Of a DNA stretch of 64,000 nucleotides, positions 35,086-49,700 are shown piece after piece. A program made the translations under genes and the position numbers. The notes under the pieces were generated by a model. It did no database searches. It was not told the origin of the DNA and saw only the letters and a list, made by a program, of their open reading frames with translations. Origin of the DNA: Eledone cirrhosa (Eukaryota); NCBI GenBank assembly GCA_964016885.1, contig OZ024753.1:37820001-37884000 (forward strand). Reading direction: 5' to 3'. Each line of letters starts with the position of its first letter. Position 1 is the stretch's first letter.

Positions 35086-38000
35086 GTAAGAATTTCCTTT
35101 CTGGTGGGGAAAGAAACCCCCTCGTTTTTCCATCATAAATGAATTTCTTGAAACCCCATCCCTCCTGTGTGTTTAAAGTGAAGCGAGCAGCGCGAGGACA
35201 TATTTGATGAAAAAAAAAATCACGATTAGCCTGGTTAAAAATTTTACCTGGGTTCCAGAGTTAGCTTAGTCGTGAAATAACCTCTCTACTACACGGATGT
35301 TGCTGATTTATTATTTTTTGCCCATAATTTATTCATTTTATGCATAAAAGAGAAAGAAACTAAAACAGCTTTATCACCCCATATTTTGTTTATTTTCCCC
35401 CTCCACTATATATCTCTCTTTGGAAAGGTACAAAACTAGAGTTTAACGGCTCACTCAAGCCAGTATGTATATTATATATATGTTTATATATATATTTATA
35501 TATGTGTAAATATATATTCATAAATATATATACATGTCTGAAATATGTATTTATGTAGGTTGTATATGATTCGTCTGTAGCATTTTAAAGTTTATTTCTT
35601 CATTTGTTTCAAAGTCTGAGGAAAACAATTATTTAGATATTTTCCGCTGTAAAAGCAACCATATAAAGTTGAAAAAAAAAATGTTTTTTTTTCTTCTCCC
35701 TCTCGTTAAATAGTTAAATATTCTACACCTATTTTAGTTGTAGAAAGTTAATATTAACTGATAACAATTAGTCTGCAATATATATATATAATATAATGTA
35801 ATGTATAACATTGCTTGGGGTGTATATTTTTGTTCTTTTTGAAAAATGAAAATGTTGACTTATCAGTTTTTATTTATTATATATATATTTTTTCCTGCAA
35901 AAATCTTTTCGTCGTAGTGTTACTTACAGGGGGCTTTATATTTGAATTGTTATATATATATAAGATCGCATTAATACAACTAATATATATATATATGTGT
36001 GTGTGTGTGTCTTGATTGTATGAGAAAACGTGTAAATAGGTGGTTTATATATCACAGCTAACTAGTAGTAATGAGTTCGTACATGTATTAAAAAGGACAT
36101 TTTTTTGTTTTATTATTATTAATTACGGATGACTACGAGAACGCATTTATATATATATAATATAAACATTATAATAATTTAAACATTTATATTTGTTGAA
36201 TTACCAACAAATTGAATATCCCTTCTGCTTATATATATAATATATATAACTTTAAAGAAACACTGGTTTCTATTTTATTATATAGCAAGCTGTTCCCCGA
36301 CTTTATAGTTACATCTCTCCTTGCGTCTTAATCTACGAAGCAAAATTCAACATTTGATGTTTGACTGAGTTATATATATATATATTTAAAAAAATATTCT
36401 CGGTCTTAATGTTTAATTCGAGAAAAGACAAAAAGGAAAAAAAAAAGAAATCATTTCATTTCTTGTTCCTTTTTATGTAATCAAAACAAGTGTTGTTGGT
36501 GATAGTGTGAATATGTTGTCCTATCGTTTTGTGTACTATAAAGTATACATACACTGTACTGTTCTATATTCTATCGACAGCAGGACTGATGCAGTTAACA
36601 CACACACTCCCACTGCTTCTCTCACTCTCTGCTACTTCCTTATAATAAGTATTGTGTGTGTGTGCAAGTGAGAGGAGAGAGAGATATTTATATATATAGA
36701 CTGTGTGTATATATAAATATATATAATAGACGTGTGGTATGTGCGATGTATTACACGTTGTATGGTCGAGCCAACACTGTTTTCCTGCAATTGTGTACAC
36801 TGGTTTTTTCTCTCTCCTTCGCCTTTCTGTTAATGCCTGCGTATACCACCACTTTGTTATTATTCATTCGTCTTAGCTTATTTAGACAAGCTGTCTATAC
36901 TGGAGTTGCTTATCTTAAGGATTTATATAGCAATATGTATTGTACATGATAGGAACTGCTAAAAATGATTTAGTCTTTAAAAAGATGGGGGAAGGTGATC
37001 TGAGATAATTAGAGGAAAACTGCTAAAATATGAAACTTAAGAAATGTTGCTTTCCTTCTTCTATCAGTGAATATATTTTCACACAGACACGACTGTTTTT
37101 TTTCCCCTCTTTCCTTCCCTAGCAGGGTTCTAATATTTAGAGTAGAGTAGATTTCTCTGTAATATTTAAAGGGGAAATAAAATACAGATGTGTGTGTATA
37201 TATATATATATAGATGTGTGTGTATATATATATATATATATAGGTGTGTGTATGAACGCTTGTTAGATTTAAACTACCAAATATAAGCTATTAACTGCGT
37301 GTGTGTGAAATATATCTTCTCTCTGTTAGTCTTACCACGATTTACCAGCTTTGTTTCTTTCTCCGTCTGAAAATTTTATTTAAAAGAACCTTTCTGAAAT
37401 TTGCTTCAAATAATGATAAATATGTAATTTCCAATTAAATGATTTTATTTTATTTTGTGCGTCCCCTCCTCCCCCTTTATTTCTTTTGCCACGTTTTTCT
37501 TTGATGTAAGGCAACATTTTCTCTTATACTTAAAATACTTGCAAAAGCACCCACTATCAGCACAATTTGAACGGCCTGTCTAGCTAGCTACATAGCAGCT
37601 TCTGCAAATCAGCTGATAAGTTTTTCCATGGGAGCTCATAGCTCACACACGTAGTGGGTTCACTCACATATGGAGAATCCTTCCCCCGCACCTTGTATCT
37701 CGTAGTCTTTTACGTGTTTCGTACCCACGAATACACACGCACCTCGGTTATTACTAGGAACCTTTTGTTCTTTATGTCTGTTATTTTGTTTTTGTGTGTT
37801 TTCTTTTATTTTTTTTTCTATTTTTATTTTAAGTCTGTTGGCATAATCTGTTGGTAATTTGGTGTCTCATCCGCCGCTCTTCATGCCGTATATGTTCATC
37901 ATACAATTGTAGGTTTGGGGTTAAGTCGGGGAAAAGAAACCTACCTCCTCATTATTCCTATTAATTTGTACGCAAATCTGATGCTCTATTTAGTACATAC

Positions 38001-40741
38001 GTACGTAAGTAGTGTCTTCTCAGGTAGCTTAAAGAATAATGTTTTTAATGAGTCAGCTATTTAAAAAAAACTTTGAAGGAAATTAACTTTTATTAACACC
38101 TAATACTTTCATCAAACGTACTCATATTCCTAGTATAAGCTTCAATGATTAAAATAAATGTAATATATATATATGACTTCTACGGGACTAGATCTGTTTC
38201 ATTCGTATGAAATCATCTTCATACGAATAAAACATTTCTAGTCTTGTAGATGCCTATACTTTACCGATGTATTGAGTGCCTTTTTTAACTCTGGTTACCT
38301 CCCGGCATAAATCGTGGAATCTCTATATATAGTGTCCTTGTGTTTGAGGTTGCTACTCTGGGTATTTTATCATGATTTATAACAGTACAAAATTGCAATT
38401 TTTATGTAATTTTAGATCGGTAATAATTTCTACAGCTTTTATTTTGTTTCTTTTCTACTTTTAATAAGTTAAAACGTATGATTTTTAGATATATATCTAT
38501 TGATTTCCATGTCAAGCTTAGTATAATCATTCTGAGAGCAAGCTAATTAGGATAAGAATGGAAGCTATTGGTAACAGACTGAATTAAAAACTTGTAAAAA
38601 AAAAAAAAAGCATGTTTAATATTTGATGTTCGACCTTTTAAATTTAGAAGTAATTTAATTTATTTCTCCCTTATTACCCTTTTTAAAAAAAAAAAAGTAC
38701 TTTAAAGAAAATATTTCGTCATTGTAACTACTTTGCTAATCTGTGGGGGAAATGGTGTGTATATGTGTATATACATACATGATATCGAAATCTCTGGGTG
38801 TCTTTCGTTTATTCCATGTTTATTTCGGACACCCTCACTATTTCACCTATAAAATAGTTACCATATGTGTACACACACATACATTATTTCACCTACAAAT
38901 TTAGCAAAATAATTACTAAATACATGTGTATATGTGCGCTTATATATGTGTGTGTCTATACACATGTAGTGGGCTTCGAGTTATTTAGTGATGAGTTTTT
39001 TTTTAATCAACGTAGCTTATTAAGTGTTGTAACTTGCAACAAATGCAATTTTATTGCCTGCCATTCTAGAAGCATTTAGTGTGTGTGTGTGTATATATAT
39101 ATATAATATACGTGTGTGTTATCATATATTGAATTTGGAATCGCCATTAAAATGTTCGTTTCTCCCTAGTGAACGGCATTAATAGCACCAGTAATATACT
39201 GAGGTCGTATCGTATGACTTTACTCTTTCCCTGATCGCAGTTGAAGCTTAATTAGAAATCAGTATTTATTTAGGTATAGAAAAGTTCTGAAATCGCTATT
39301 AAAATCGTTCGTTCCTCCACAGTGGCTATATTCAATACCAGTAATGTACTGAGCTCGAAACATGGCTTTTACTTTCTTCCCTTTAAGTCTGAAAAGCTTG
39401 ATCAAAAAGAAAAAACATTATTTTTAGATGTCAAAAGGTTCTGTCTATTCTTAGACACGTTCAATTTTTTTTCTGTGTATTTAAGAAGACCGGGCAAATG
39501 CATCGACGTTTTCAAGGTCTCAAGATGAGCAACTTATATAACTGTTGAGGCCTAATAATACCCGTGTCATCAGCTCAGCAGGTTGTTCTAATTAATATGG
39601 TAGATACTAAACTGACACACTAAGGCCAGTGCAATGACTCCAAGTATCAACTGTAAAACCGGTTAAATTCGTTTTATCTGTCTTCTTATTAATATGTAAA
39701 CTGATTATTTTAGAATTACACTTTGATGTGAATGTTTTTCTAGTTTATTTTCTCTCTTTAACAATCTGCAGTTGTTTTCTAAGCCATAATTTTTCGATTT
39801 GATTGTATTCATTTTGCTTGCATAAATTTTGGTTATATCTTTGATGTATGCCGTGTAACTGGTTTTTTAAAATAGTTACACCGTATCCTTGCTTGTTGTA
39901 ATATGCAACTAAAAGGGTTGGCGTCAGGAAGGGTATCCGACTGTAAAACCTTCTCAAAACATCGATTACAACCCATGCCTGTATGGAATAGCGGACGTAC
40001 AAAACAGACCTCTCTTAAATTATCTAGGTTAAATTAAAAAAAAAAATAGTTTTCCTTTATTACAGTTGGTTTAACACCCATCCCTTTTTTGCTCTATGCC
40101 CCTACCACATTATGAAGGAACGTGACCTCGTGGTTAGGGTGTTGGACTTGTGATCATATTGGTTGTAGGTACGAGTTATGTTCTTGAGCAAGACACTTCA
40201 TTTCACATTGAGATCAGCTAAACTTGCATAGGTTTGAGCTGTGAATTACATTTTTGTTTATTAGGCAAGACCTAAAAAAAAAAAATAAAGAATCGTTTTT
40301 TCCCCCAATTTATATATGACGTGAATATAGGGAAAGAAAAATATCCCTGTTACACTTAGGTGTCATTATAGTAAAATGTACTATTAATCATCGCCATCGT
40401 TTTTACATTCATTTTTCAATGTTTTACATGGGCTGGATGAAATCAGTGTTTTTACGGCCACATGCCCTCCCCGATGAAAATCCACACCGTATTTTAAGTG
40501 TTATAAACTGCTAACGTTTTTATCGAACCGCAAACGTTGCCGGGCGTGTGTATGTAACCCCAACCTTCAGTTGTCAAAGACATGACAACCCCATGTCATG
40601 TGCATTCGGTGAAGCGTCTACCGTAAATAAGCCAGACAGGGATCCTTGGTCTGCCTGGGAGATTAGTACTGACTTGGTTTATATAGACCCGTACAAATCT
40701 TGTTAGCAGGGATAAGCGGACGTTAAAACGACGACGATGTA

Positions 40742-40774
<33 letters not shown>

Positions 40775-43700
40775 CATATGTGTGTGTGTGTGTGTATGAT
40801 TAAGTAAATTGTTTAGTGCAACCGGCCATTTCAGTAATTCTCTCTCGTATTACGTCATGCGAGTATTATACATTGATAATTACACGTTTTCAACTACCCG
40901 AAGGATGGTTTACGGCTGGTTTTCCGTTTACTAAATTCTCAAGGCATTGGTCGCTGCGGGGCTATATGTAGAACTAAACTTACAAGTGTGGTTCTTAAGC
41001 GAACTTGCTAACCATGTAGCCCAACCTGCACCTGTTAATGTAGGTAAACTGTATCTGCAAAAGCGCTTCAATTCACTCTTTTTCTCTCGTCTGACTGAAT
41101 AAATCCTTTCCTCTATAAGTTTAAAATGTGCATCCTTCACAGTTGATCAAAACTTGACTACTTCAGAGGAGAATATTTTTGATGAAAGTCGACTTAAGCC
41201 ACCATTTCTAGTTCCATATCTATATCATAGAATATTCAGATTTATTAAATTCTCTTGTAGGATATAGTTATCAGGTATTTCATTCTCTGTAGAAAAACCA
41301 AGCCCCTTTGGTGTAGTTATTTTGAGATCCTGTAATGTTTTAGCAGAAAATATCTAAAAATGGGTTTGTTAATTTAGATGTTTATAGTATCTTCACTAGT
41401 TGACAGATCTTTGCGATTATTTGTATAAAGACTTAATTTTTTAATGTGGTACAATGACTACTGTTTTATACTTCATGTTTTAGCTAAACTATTTCTTATC
41501 AACTTCTGTGTTTCCTTTACAGAGAAAAGATATGAAAATATATATTTTTAAATGTTTCTCTTATTTACTATTTTATTTCTGTATAAAAATAGTGACAGTT
41601 ATAAACAATTCCAAATATTTATGGTATTTAATTTGATGCACCAATTCTATTCAGAATCTCACCTTATATTCTTCTGGAATTGATTAGATGAAAACATTTG
41701 ATAACCCTTAACCCTTCTGTGGCCTTATTTCTAATAAAATAAAACTTTATTTCATTTAATTAATTTAAGAAGAATTTTGACGGATTTGCTAGAATTATTT
41801 CTTTAAGATAGTAACTTAACATATGGTTATGTTAAAATTACACTGGAAAATTTTAATTTTAAAATCAGCAGTTTTGTTTCACAGAATCATAGCTGGTTTT
41901 GGTTGGGTTAGTAATGAAAGGATGCTGTTTAGTCCCCATTTAAAGGTTTCATGTTTATGTAATATGAGGCAGGGCTCCATGGCAAAACCCTTTCCAGTTG
42001 TGGGTGAGGAGTGTGATGGCACTGGTGTGTTCTTTAGAAGGACACTTCATTTCACATTGCTTTTTTTATGATAGGACTGGGACCCTATCATTAAAATACC
42101 CGAGAAACCTCCTATGGGATACAACCTTATAGGAGGCGAGCTAAACCTGCATAGGTGGCTGTAAATTTCATTTCAAATTAATAATATTGCTGACAAATGA
42201 TTAAAAAAGATAGTTCTGTTGTGCTGCTTAAATGGGGAATAAATTCCACTGCTCACACCTTTGTAGACTCGGCTGACTTCCTACGAGTTTGTATCTCATA
42301 AAAGGTTTCTTGGCTGTTTTCAGGGCCACACCCTGCCATGAAAAGTAGTGTGAAATGAAACGTCTTGCTCAAGAACACGGTGGTGCCTGGTCTAGGAATT
42401 GAACCTACATCATTTTGATAATGAGTCCAACACCCTAACCATTCAGCCAGCCATGATGACATCAAGCTGAATACTCCATAATAGTGAGCAATGCAAATCC
42501 TAGATATATCCAGTGTGTTGGATCTGTTGATTGCTCTCGAACATTCAATTCTTACTTTCTTGCTTTAGGTTTCCTCATTCAGAACTGTCATTGTGTCACC
42601 CTTAAGCTTTTTGATATCATCTTGGTCAAAACTAACCCTGCTTCTGTGCAACAAAACCACCCATTTAAAAATCTTTCAACATAATTTTATATAAGAACTA
42701 TATTTTAACTTATTAATTAAATAATTGATTTTTGCAGTGCAGGACGTTAAGATTTAATTGTTTCTACTTTAGGCACAGGGCCAGCAATTACCCAGTGCAT
42801 TACTGGTACTTTATTTTATCGACCCCGTAAGGATGAAAGGCAAAGTTAACCTCGGCGGGATTTGAACTCAGAATGGCAAGGGCCGTAACTCTATGCGTCA
42901 AAGCATGGTGTCCGACCCTCTACCGATACTGCCAATCCACCGATTTAATGAAACATTTTTAGGGATTTACTAAAATATATTTTATTACTGTGATAGTAAC
43001 TTAGCATATGAAATTAAATTTTCAGTGCATACATTTGCAGGTTTAGTTAGGTTTCTCAGCATTTTAATGAGAAGAGCACCAGTTCTATCATGAAAACCAA
43101 TGTGAAATGAAGCATCTTGCTCAAGAACACAATGTGCAGTCTGATCCAGGAATCAAACCCTCAGTCATAAAATTGCATTAAACTACTCACCTATGGTTCT
43201 TATATAAAATTGTTGCTAGATATTAATTGAAATAGGAACCCTTTAAAATAGATAGTTTTCTATCATAGAACCAGGTCCTGGCTGATATCAAAAGAATTAA
43301 AGTTTGATAATAGCTATATTTTGATTTCTATTTGCTTGTTTGTATTGCAACCATGTGGTTTTGGGTTTAGTCCCATTGTATGACATTGAGCAATTGTCTA
43401 CAAATACTTTGAGTACAATTTGGTAGACAGAAACGTGTGTGTCGATGTCTAATTTTACATTTACTACTTATATCCTGTAACTTAGCATTTCAACAAATAG
43501 AGATTGATAAAAATAAACACTGGAGTTAATATGATCAACAAAATTCCTTGTGTGCAGTCTAGTGTCTGCTTCACGGCTCTGTATTGTTTAGTAATGGTTT
43601 CAATATGTTTGTGGCAACAGGCAGGTGTACACACAACAGGCTTCCTTGCAATTTCCATCTACCAAATTCACTCAAAGCATTAGTCAGCCCAGAACTATGA

Positions 43701-46700
43701 CATGTTCCCATGTTTCACACAGTAGAACTTAATCTAAAGTCACATGGTTTCAAAGCAAACTTCTTAACCATACAGCCATGCCTGCACCTATTATATACAT
43801 GTGATACAATGTAATATATGATTATACATACGGTGTGTATATCATTTTATGTCCACTTTCTATGCTGGCATGAGTTGGACGAATCGTTGCAACCAGAGAC
43901 TAGACTGGTTGGGAAACCACTTTTACAGCTTTTACATTCCATATTTGGCATGGTTCCTATAGCTGCATGTCCTTCTTAATACCAATGGCTTAACTATAAA
44001 ATTGAATATCTTTTATTGTGGCACTAACAATATAGTGTGTGCTGGGAGAATATATATAGATACATCTGAGCCATCATTTCACTGTGAACCATAGCTGTAC
44101 GCTCCTCCTCTGACATCTTCTGTTTCTACATCTCTCTTTCACCCTACTAGCTGGCCCTTCACCCTCACTGCCCTTTCTCTTAGCTATTTAACCTTCCATT
44201 AACACCCACCATATAACCCCATCACTCAGTTTTCCCTACTACATACACACATACATTTATGTCCATGCCCATCTTAGTCTCAACCCGCCTCACTGTTTAT
44301 CCATTTCCATGGGACAAGTGGTTGACTTCTGGACAGGCAGCTAGCTCTAGAAATCCTAATAAAGGGTAGAGAAGACTCTTAAGTTGTACCAAGGACAACT
44401 TTAGTGGTGGTACCATGATAAAATGCATTCAATACACTTTGAAAAGTGGTTGGCATTAGGAAGGGCATTCTGCCACAACCTTTCTATTAGGGGTGCAATA
44501 ATAAAATGCACACAGTACACACACCAAAGTTGTTGATGTTAGGAAGGTCATTCAGCCATAGAAACCATGCCAAAATGAAACATTTGGAACAAGGTGAGGT
44601 TCTCCGACATGCCAAGAATGACACTAACTTCAATTAAGTACTTAGTCTGTAGGAAACCATCTAACCCATTCATGGTACTGTGACTCTTGAGGGAGTCATA
44701 ATGGTGCCATAGTGAAATAGTTTCTAGAGCATTTCTGGCAGAGCTCATTTCTCCAGGTCTGAATACAGCAAATTTCTTCCAGAGAAGGGTACAGAGTGAG
44801 AAAGATGTAGAGGAAGAATCAACCTCCAGTAGTTGACTGGTACTTTTTTTATTGACCTTGAATGGTTGAAAGACAAAGTTGACCTTTGCGAGATTTGAAC
44901 TTAAAAAGCCGAAATGAATACTGCAAAGCACTTTATCCAGCATTCTAACACCTGCCAATTCATCACCTCGTCCAACCATACTAGTGTGGTCAAATAATAT
45001 CTGCACATTGGCTGTAATATAGAGTGGGTTAGAGCTAGACAATATTGATGCTACAGCACTAGTCCAACCACTGTCTGGTACGTGTCATCCGAGCCCCATG
45101 ATAGAACCTGCTTCACTACCATCTTGAATAATGTGGGGAAATATATCAGATTGCTATTTTTATCTTCTTAACAATAGTCTAAAATAACGGTTTCGTACTT
45201 TAACCTTTTGTGACCCTATTTCTAATGAAATAGAATATTTTAATCAATAAAGAATTGAGATGGGGTGGGGTGTTAAGGTAGTAACTTAACATATGGGCTC
45301 TTAATTGGGTTAACTCCGTTTTATGAACTTTTAAACCATTTAGTAGGGTACAGAAGTATCCAATGTTGTTTTTCTTTTCTCCTTAACTTCCAAAACTTTC
45401 TTTGCACCTAGCACTTTAGTCTTATTCCAGTGATGTTGCTTGTTAGTGTTTTACTGCAGTTGTAAATATTGAAGATAAGATACCTTTTGTCTGTAAATAG
45501 TCATATGCTAGTTAAAATCATGTTAATTTTAATGAAGGAAACAGCCTAATAGTCACTTTTAAAACCATATTTCTAATGAAAGACACTGTATTTTTAAAAT
45601 AATTTGAAGGAATTTAATATATAACTAAATTTCTCATCTGGGATTTGGAACATAAAGATTCTTATATAAAATTATAATGGAAGTGTTAACCCATTTTAAA
45701 ATATTTTCTGCTAAATTGTTACAGGATGTTAAAATAGAACCAGGAGTTGTTTGGTGTAAAAGCTAAACTGTTAAAATAATTGAAACTAAAAATTATTGAA
45801 GTCACCAAATATTGCACTGAGGAGTGAAAATAGCTGGTATAGACGTCTGATTAAGATAGATGTTAACTAGGTGACCAAGCGGGGTGATTTTCAAGATGTT
45901 TAAATTATCCTAGCTTGTAAAGACAAAAAGGTTGCAGAAATATCCATTCTAGGGAATTAATTAATGAACATTTAAACAAACCTACAGGAAATATTCAATA
46001 ATTTGGTTATATATATATAATTAATAAAGAGGTTAAGAGGACCCTTCAGTTTGTGTCAAAAGACATAACTCCTCTGTATTCAACCTGTCCTGGGACGTTA
46101 GTGGCCCCGCTTCAGTACTGACTTGGTTTATGTAGACCCATACAACCCTAGCAGGGAAAGTGGGCATTAAATGATATATGTATATATATAATGTAGGTAT
46201 TATACAATGATTTGTAGAAACTAATTGTTAAAGTGTAGCTGCTGGTATCACAATAAAATGTACCCAGTACACCCTGTAAAGGGATTTGCATTAGAAAGGA
46301 CATCCAGCTATAGAAATGGAACATATGAACATAGCATGCCTTTCCGTCCATCTGATCTTGACCATAACTCATCCAACTCATGCCAGCATGGAAAGTATGT
46401 GGATGATATTGAAATGCTAAGAACTCTGGCAATTCTTATAGTTGATGCTAGTATTTAAAGTGTGGATGGGATGGCTAAGTTCTCATAGAATACAATGACA
46501 CTGTCTTCAAAATTAACTGTTTGCTCCCCCACAATTAACCCTTTTTGATACCAAACTATTCCTGGTTCTATGATACTAAGCTTTTTATTTAAGAACCTTA
46601 AGTTAGGCACCAAATACTAGGTAAACAATGAAGTTATATTACTAAATCTCTCCAAATTGTTGATTATTTGAAAAATTATACAATGTCTTTCATTAGAAAC

Positions 46701-49700
46701 ATAGAAATGGATATTTTCTCATCTTTTTTACTAGGTTGCTTCTTCTTTCACTCTTGCTGAAAGCTGTTTGATCATCTTGTAGTTGAAGTTAGACAATTGA
46801 GTTTAATATTATCAATATCTGTACAAGAACTTATGTTCTTTAATTAAAAGATATGTAACCTAGTGGTTAGGATATTGGTTTGATTCCTAAACTAGTCAGC
46901 ACATTGTTCTTGAGCAAGATATTTCAGTTCACATTATTTTTCATTTCAACACTTAAATCTATGAGGTGCAATAATGTAAGAGGCCAGCTAAACTCGCATA
47001 TGTGAGAGCTGTAAATCGTTTAGCAAGAACTTAATTTGTCTTATTTCAATATAAACATTGGGTAACAATAGTTTGACTAGCTTAATAAGTCATTAAATGA
47101 AACAATAATTTGAGATTTTTTTTTCTTTATATATGACATCTTGCAGACCCCCCCCCCTCCCCCTCTCCGAAATTATTTGTGGAGCTCACTTTAGGAAGCA
47201 CTGATACATTGTAATTGTAATACAATTAAAGATGTATTGCTTTTATCAATCTTTTCCTTACACTTATGGCTAATTGGCAATTATTAGGTCATTGTATTAA
47301 ATGCTTCTGCTTTTGTTCTGGCTTCCTGGGCTCTGAGTTTCAATTCTACCATGGTCAACTTTACCCTTTCAAATTCAGCTCTGTGCATTCTGAGTTCAAA
47401 TCTCACTTTTGCCAGGAGTTCCTTGGTTTAGCCTGATATCAATTCCTTTGTTGTTTTTTATTTGTTTTCATACTCCTCTATAAGATTCCCAAACTTCCAA
47501 CCCTTGCATATCCTGCCAAAAATGTGGCCTCACGGACTCATTATTTTTTATTAAATAAAAGATGGTATAAAAATGTCACCCTTTCCAGATTGGTACAATA
47601 TATTGATTAGCCTTGACCTTGCTACTGAGTTAGCTGTCATTATCATAGTTTTACTCATGAAGGCCTTTTGAAACACACACACTGATCGTGCAAGTATAAG
47701 TTGGTTATTGTTGAAAAAAATATTTTTCTTTCTATTGATTGTTTCACTATTTGTTTAAATTTATTTGGCTGTCATTTAGTGTTTCCTATAATAGATCAAC
47801 TGATTGTTTCATCATTTTGTGATTATTTTCCATTCTAGCATGGGTTTATTATGAGCCAAGATGATGTTTTGCTCATACATTTTGGCATCACCAGCAAGTT
47901 TACATACTTCATAATAAATTTTAATGTATTGTTTTGCAAAATTTTATGATTATTATTACTGTTATTATTATAGGTTTCGGACATACCCGCTGTCCTGGAG
48001 GTTATTGCCACCTTGGAGAGCTACCCTATTACACGTGAAGCACTTGAGGTAAGCTGTATATTTTCCATTGTTTGTTTATATTTTCTCACTAATAGAATTT
48101 TTATGTTTGTGTATCTACTTTTAATCTTTTATGATTATTTTAGTATATATTTTATCTGTAACTTGTCCCACACATAAAGGCGTTATTTACTGTCAAATAT
48201 CCTTCAAATTGACTTTCCCCCTCGTGTTAATTGTGAAGACATATGGCCTAGTGCTAACGGTGTTGGACTCATGACCATAGGGTTGTCAGTTCAATTCTTT
48301 AACTGGCCAACCTAGTGTGTTCTTGTGCAAGACACTTCATTTCATAATAAGATTGGACCCCTGTCATTAAAACACCAAAGAAAGAAACCTTTTGGATGCA
48401 ACTTTGTAAGAGACCAGCTAAATCTACAAATATGTGAGCTGTAAATATCATCCCCCTCTCTTCCCAATGTCAATAAATAAGTGTTAGACCCACTGTTTCA
48501 AAGCTTAGCTGTTATAATTATATTGTGGATTGGCAGTATAGGTAGAGAGTCGGACACCATGCTTTGCAGCATAGTCACGGCCCATTATGTTCTGAGTTCA
48601 AATCCCGCCGAGGTTAACTTTACTTTTCATCCTTACGGGGTCGATAAAATAAAGTACCAGTAATGCACTGGGTTAATTGCTGGCCTAGTGCCAAAAGTAG
48701 AAACAATTATTATGTAGGTCCTTATATTATCTCATAAAACTTTGCTAATTAACCTAGGTATGAACAACAGTCATTAAAATAATTCATCTATATTTAACTT
48801 GTTGCTGACTTAACATGTGTGGAATTGGGTGGTCCTGTTATGTGAGATGTCTGGCCAGTTGGTCACGCCAGACCTTGCTTATAGCAGAACTATATTTTGG
48901 GAGCTGGTTGCTCCCACTATGAGGGAGGAAAATTATGTTGGAAGATTTTTTTTTAAATAAGAGGTTTTGTTTCATAAAACCAGAGCTGGTTTTAGCTGGG
49001 TTGGTATTAAAAGGGTTAGAAAATGTAAGCCACCTTCGTTTTATACAAGCTAAAAATGTTATTGAAAAGATTTAGAATGCTTTTATTTTAATAATGATAG
49101 TTTTAGGACTTTTTTCCCTACTATTAATGTATTTATTTTGTTGGTTGTAAATGGTGAGAAATCTTGTAAACTTCCAAAGCATTAATGGGTTCATTCCTTC
49201 AATTTTTAAAAATGTTCTTGTTGAATTCTAAAGTATTTATTATAATTTTAATTCATATTTCTAATGAAAGGCGCAACCTGGAATTTTCAAATTTTGAAAA
49301 TATTGAATTTGGATGGATTTTGTAATATCACTTTCTCGTTAACTCTTAATCATGTGCCATATGAAATCACATAAGCAAGAGATTCTTGAAAAGTACTAAA
49401 CAGCAGCATGACTACATCACATTAACCCTTTTGATACCAAACTGGCTCTGGTTTTGTGAAACAAAACCACCCATTTTAAAGAGTTCTTATTTAAATTTTA
49501 AAAAATTATTTGATTTAAAAAAAAAAAAAAAAAATTTCATGATACAAATAACATCTTAATGAAATAATTGATTTTAATAAATCCCTCCAAATTCGTCATT
49601 AATTAAACAAAATGCTGTGTATTTCATATTTTAATATGATAATAAAAGCTTTAAAAATTGAAGTCTTTCCTTTAATATAAAAGTTTGTCTTCCAGTAAAG

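Noticed and set aside
44548-45042. 164-aa ORF on - strand
   Set aside because: Built from SINE A and family C repeat sequence inside MED26 intron 1.
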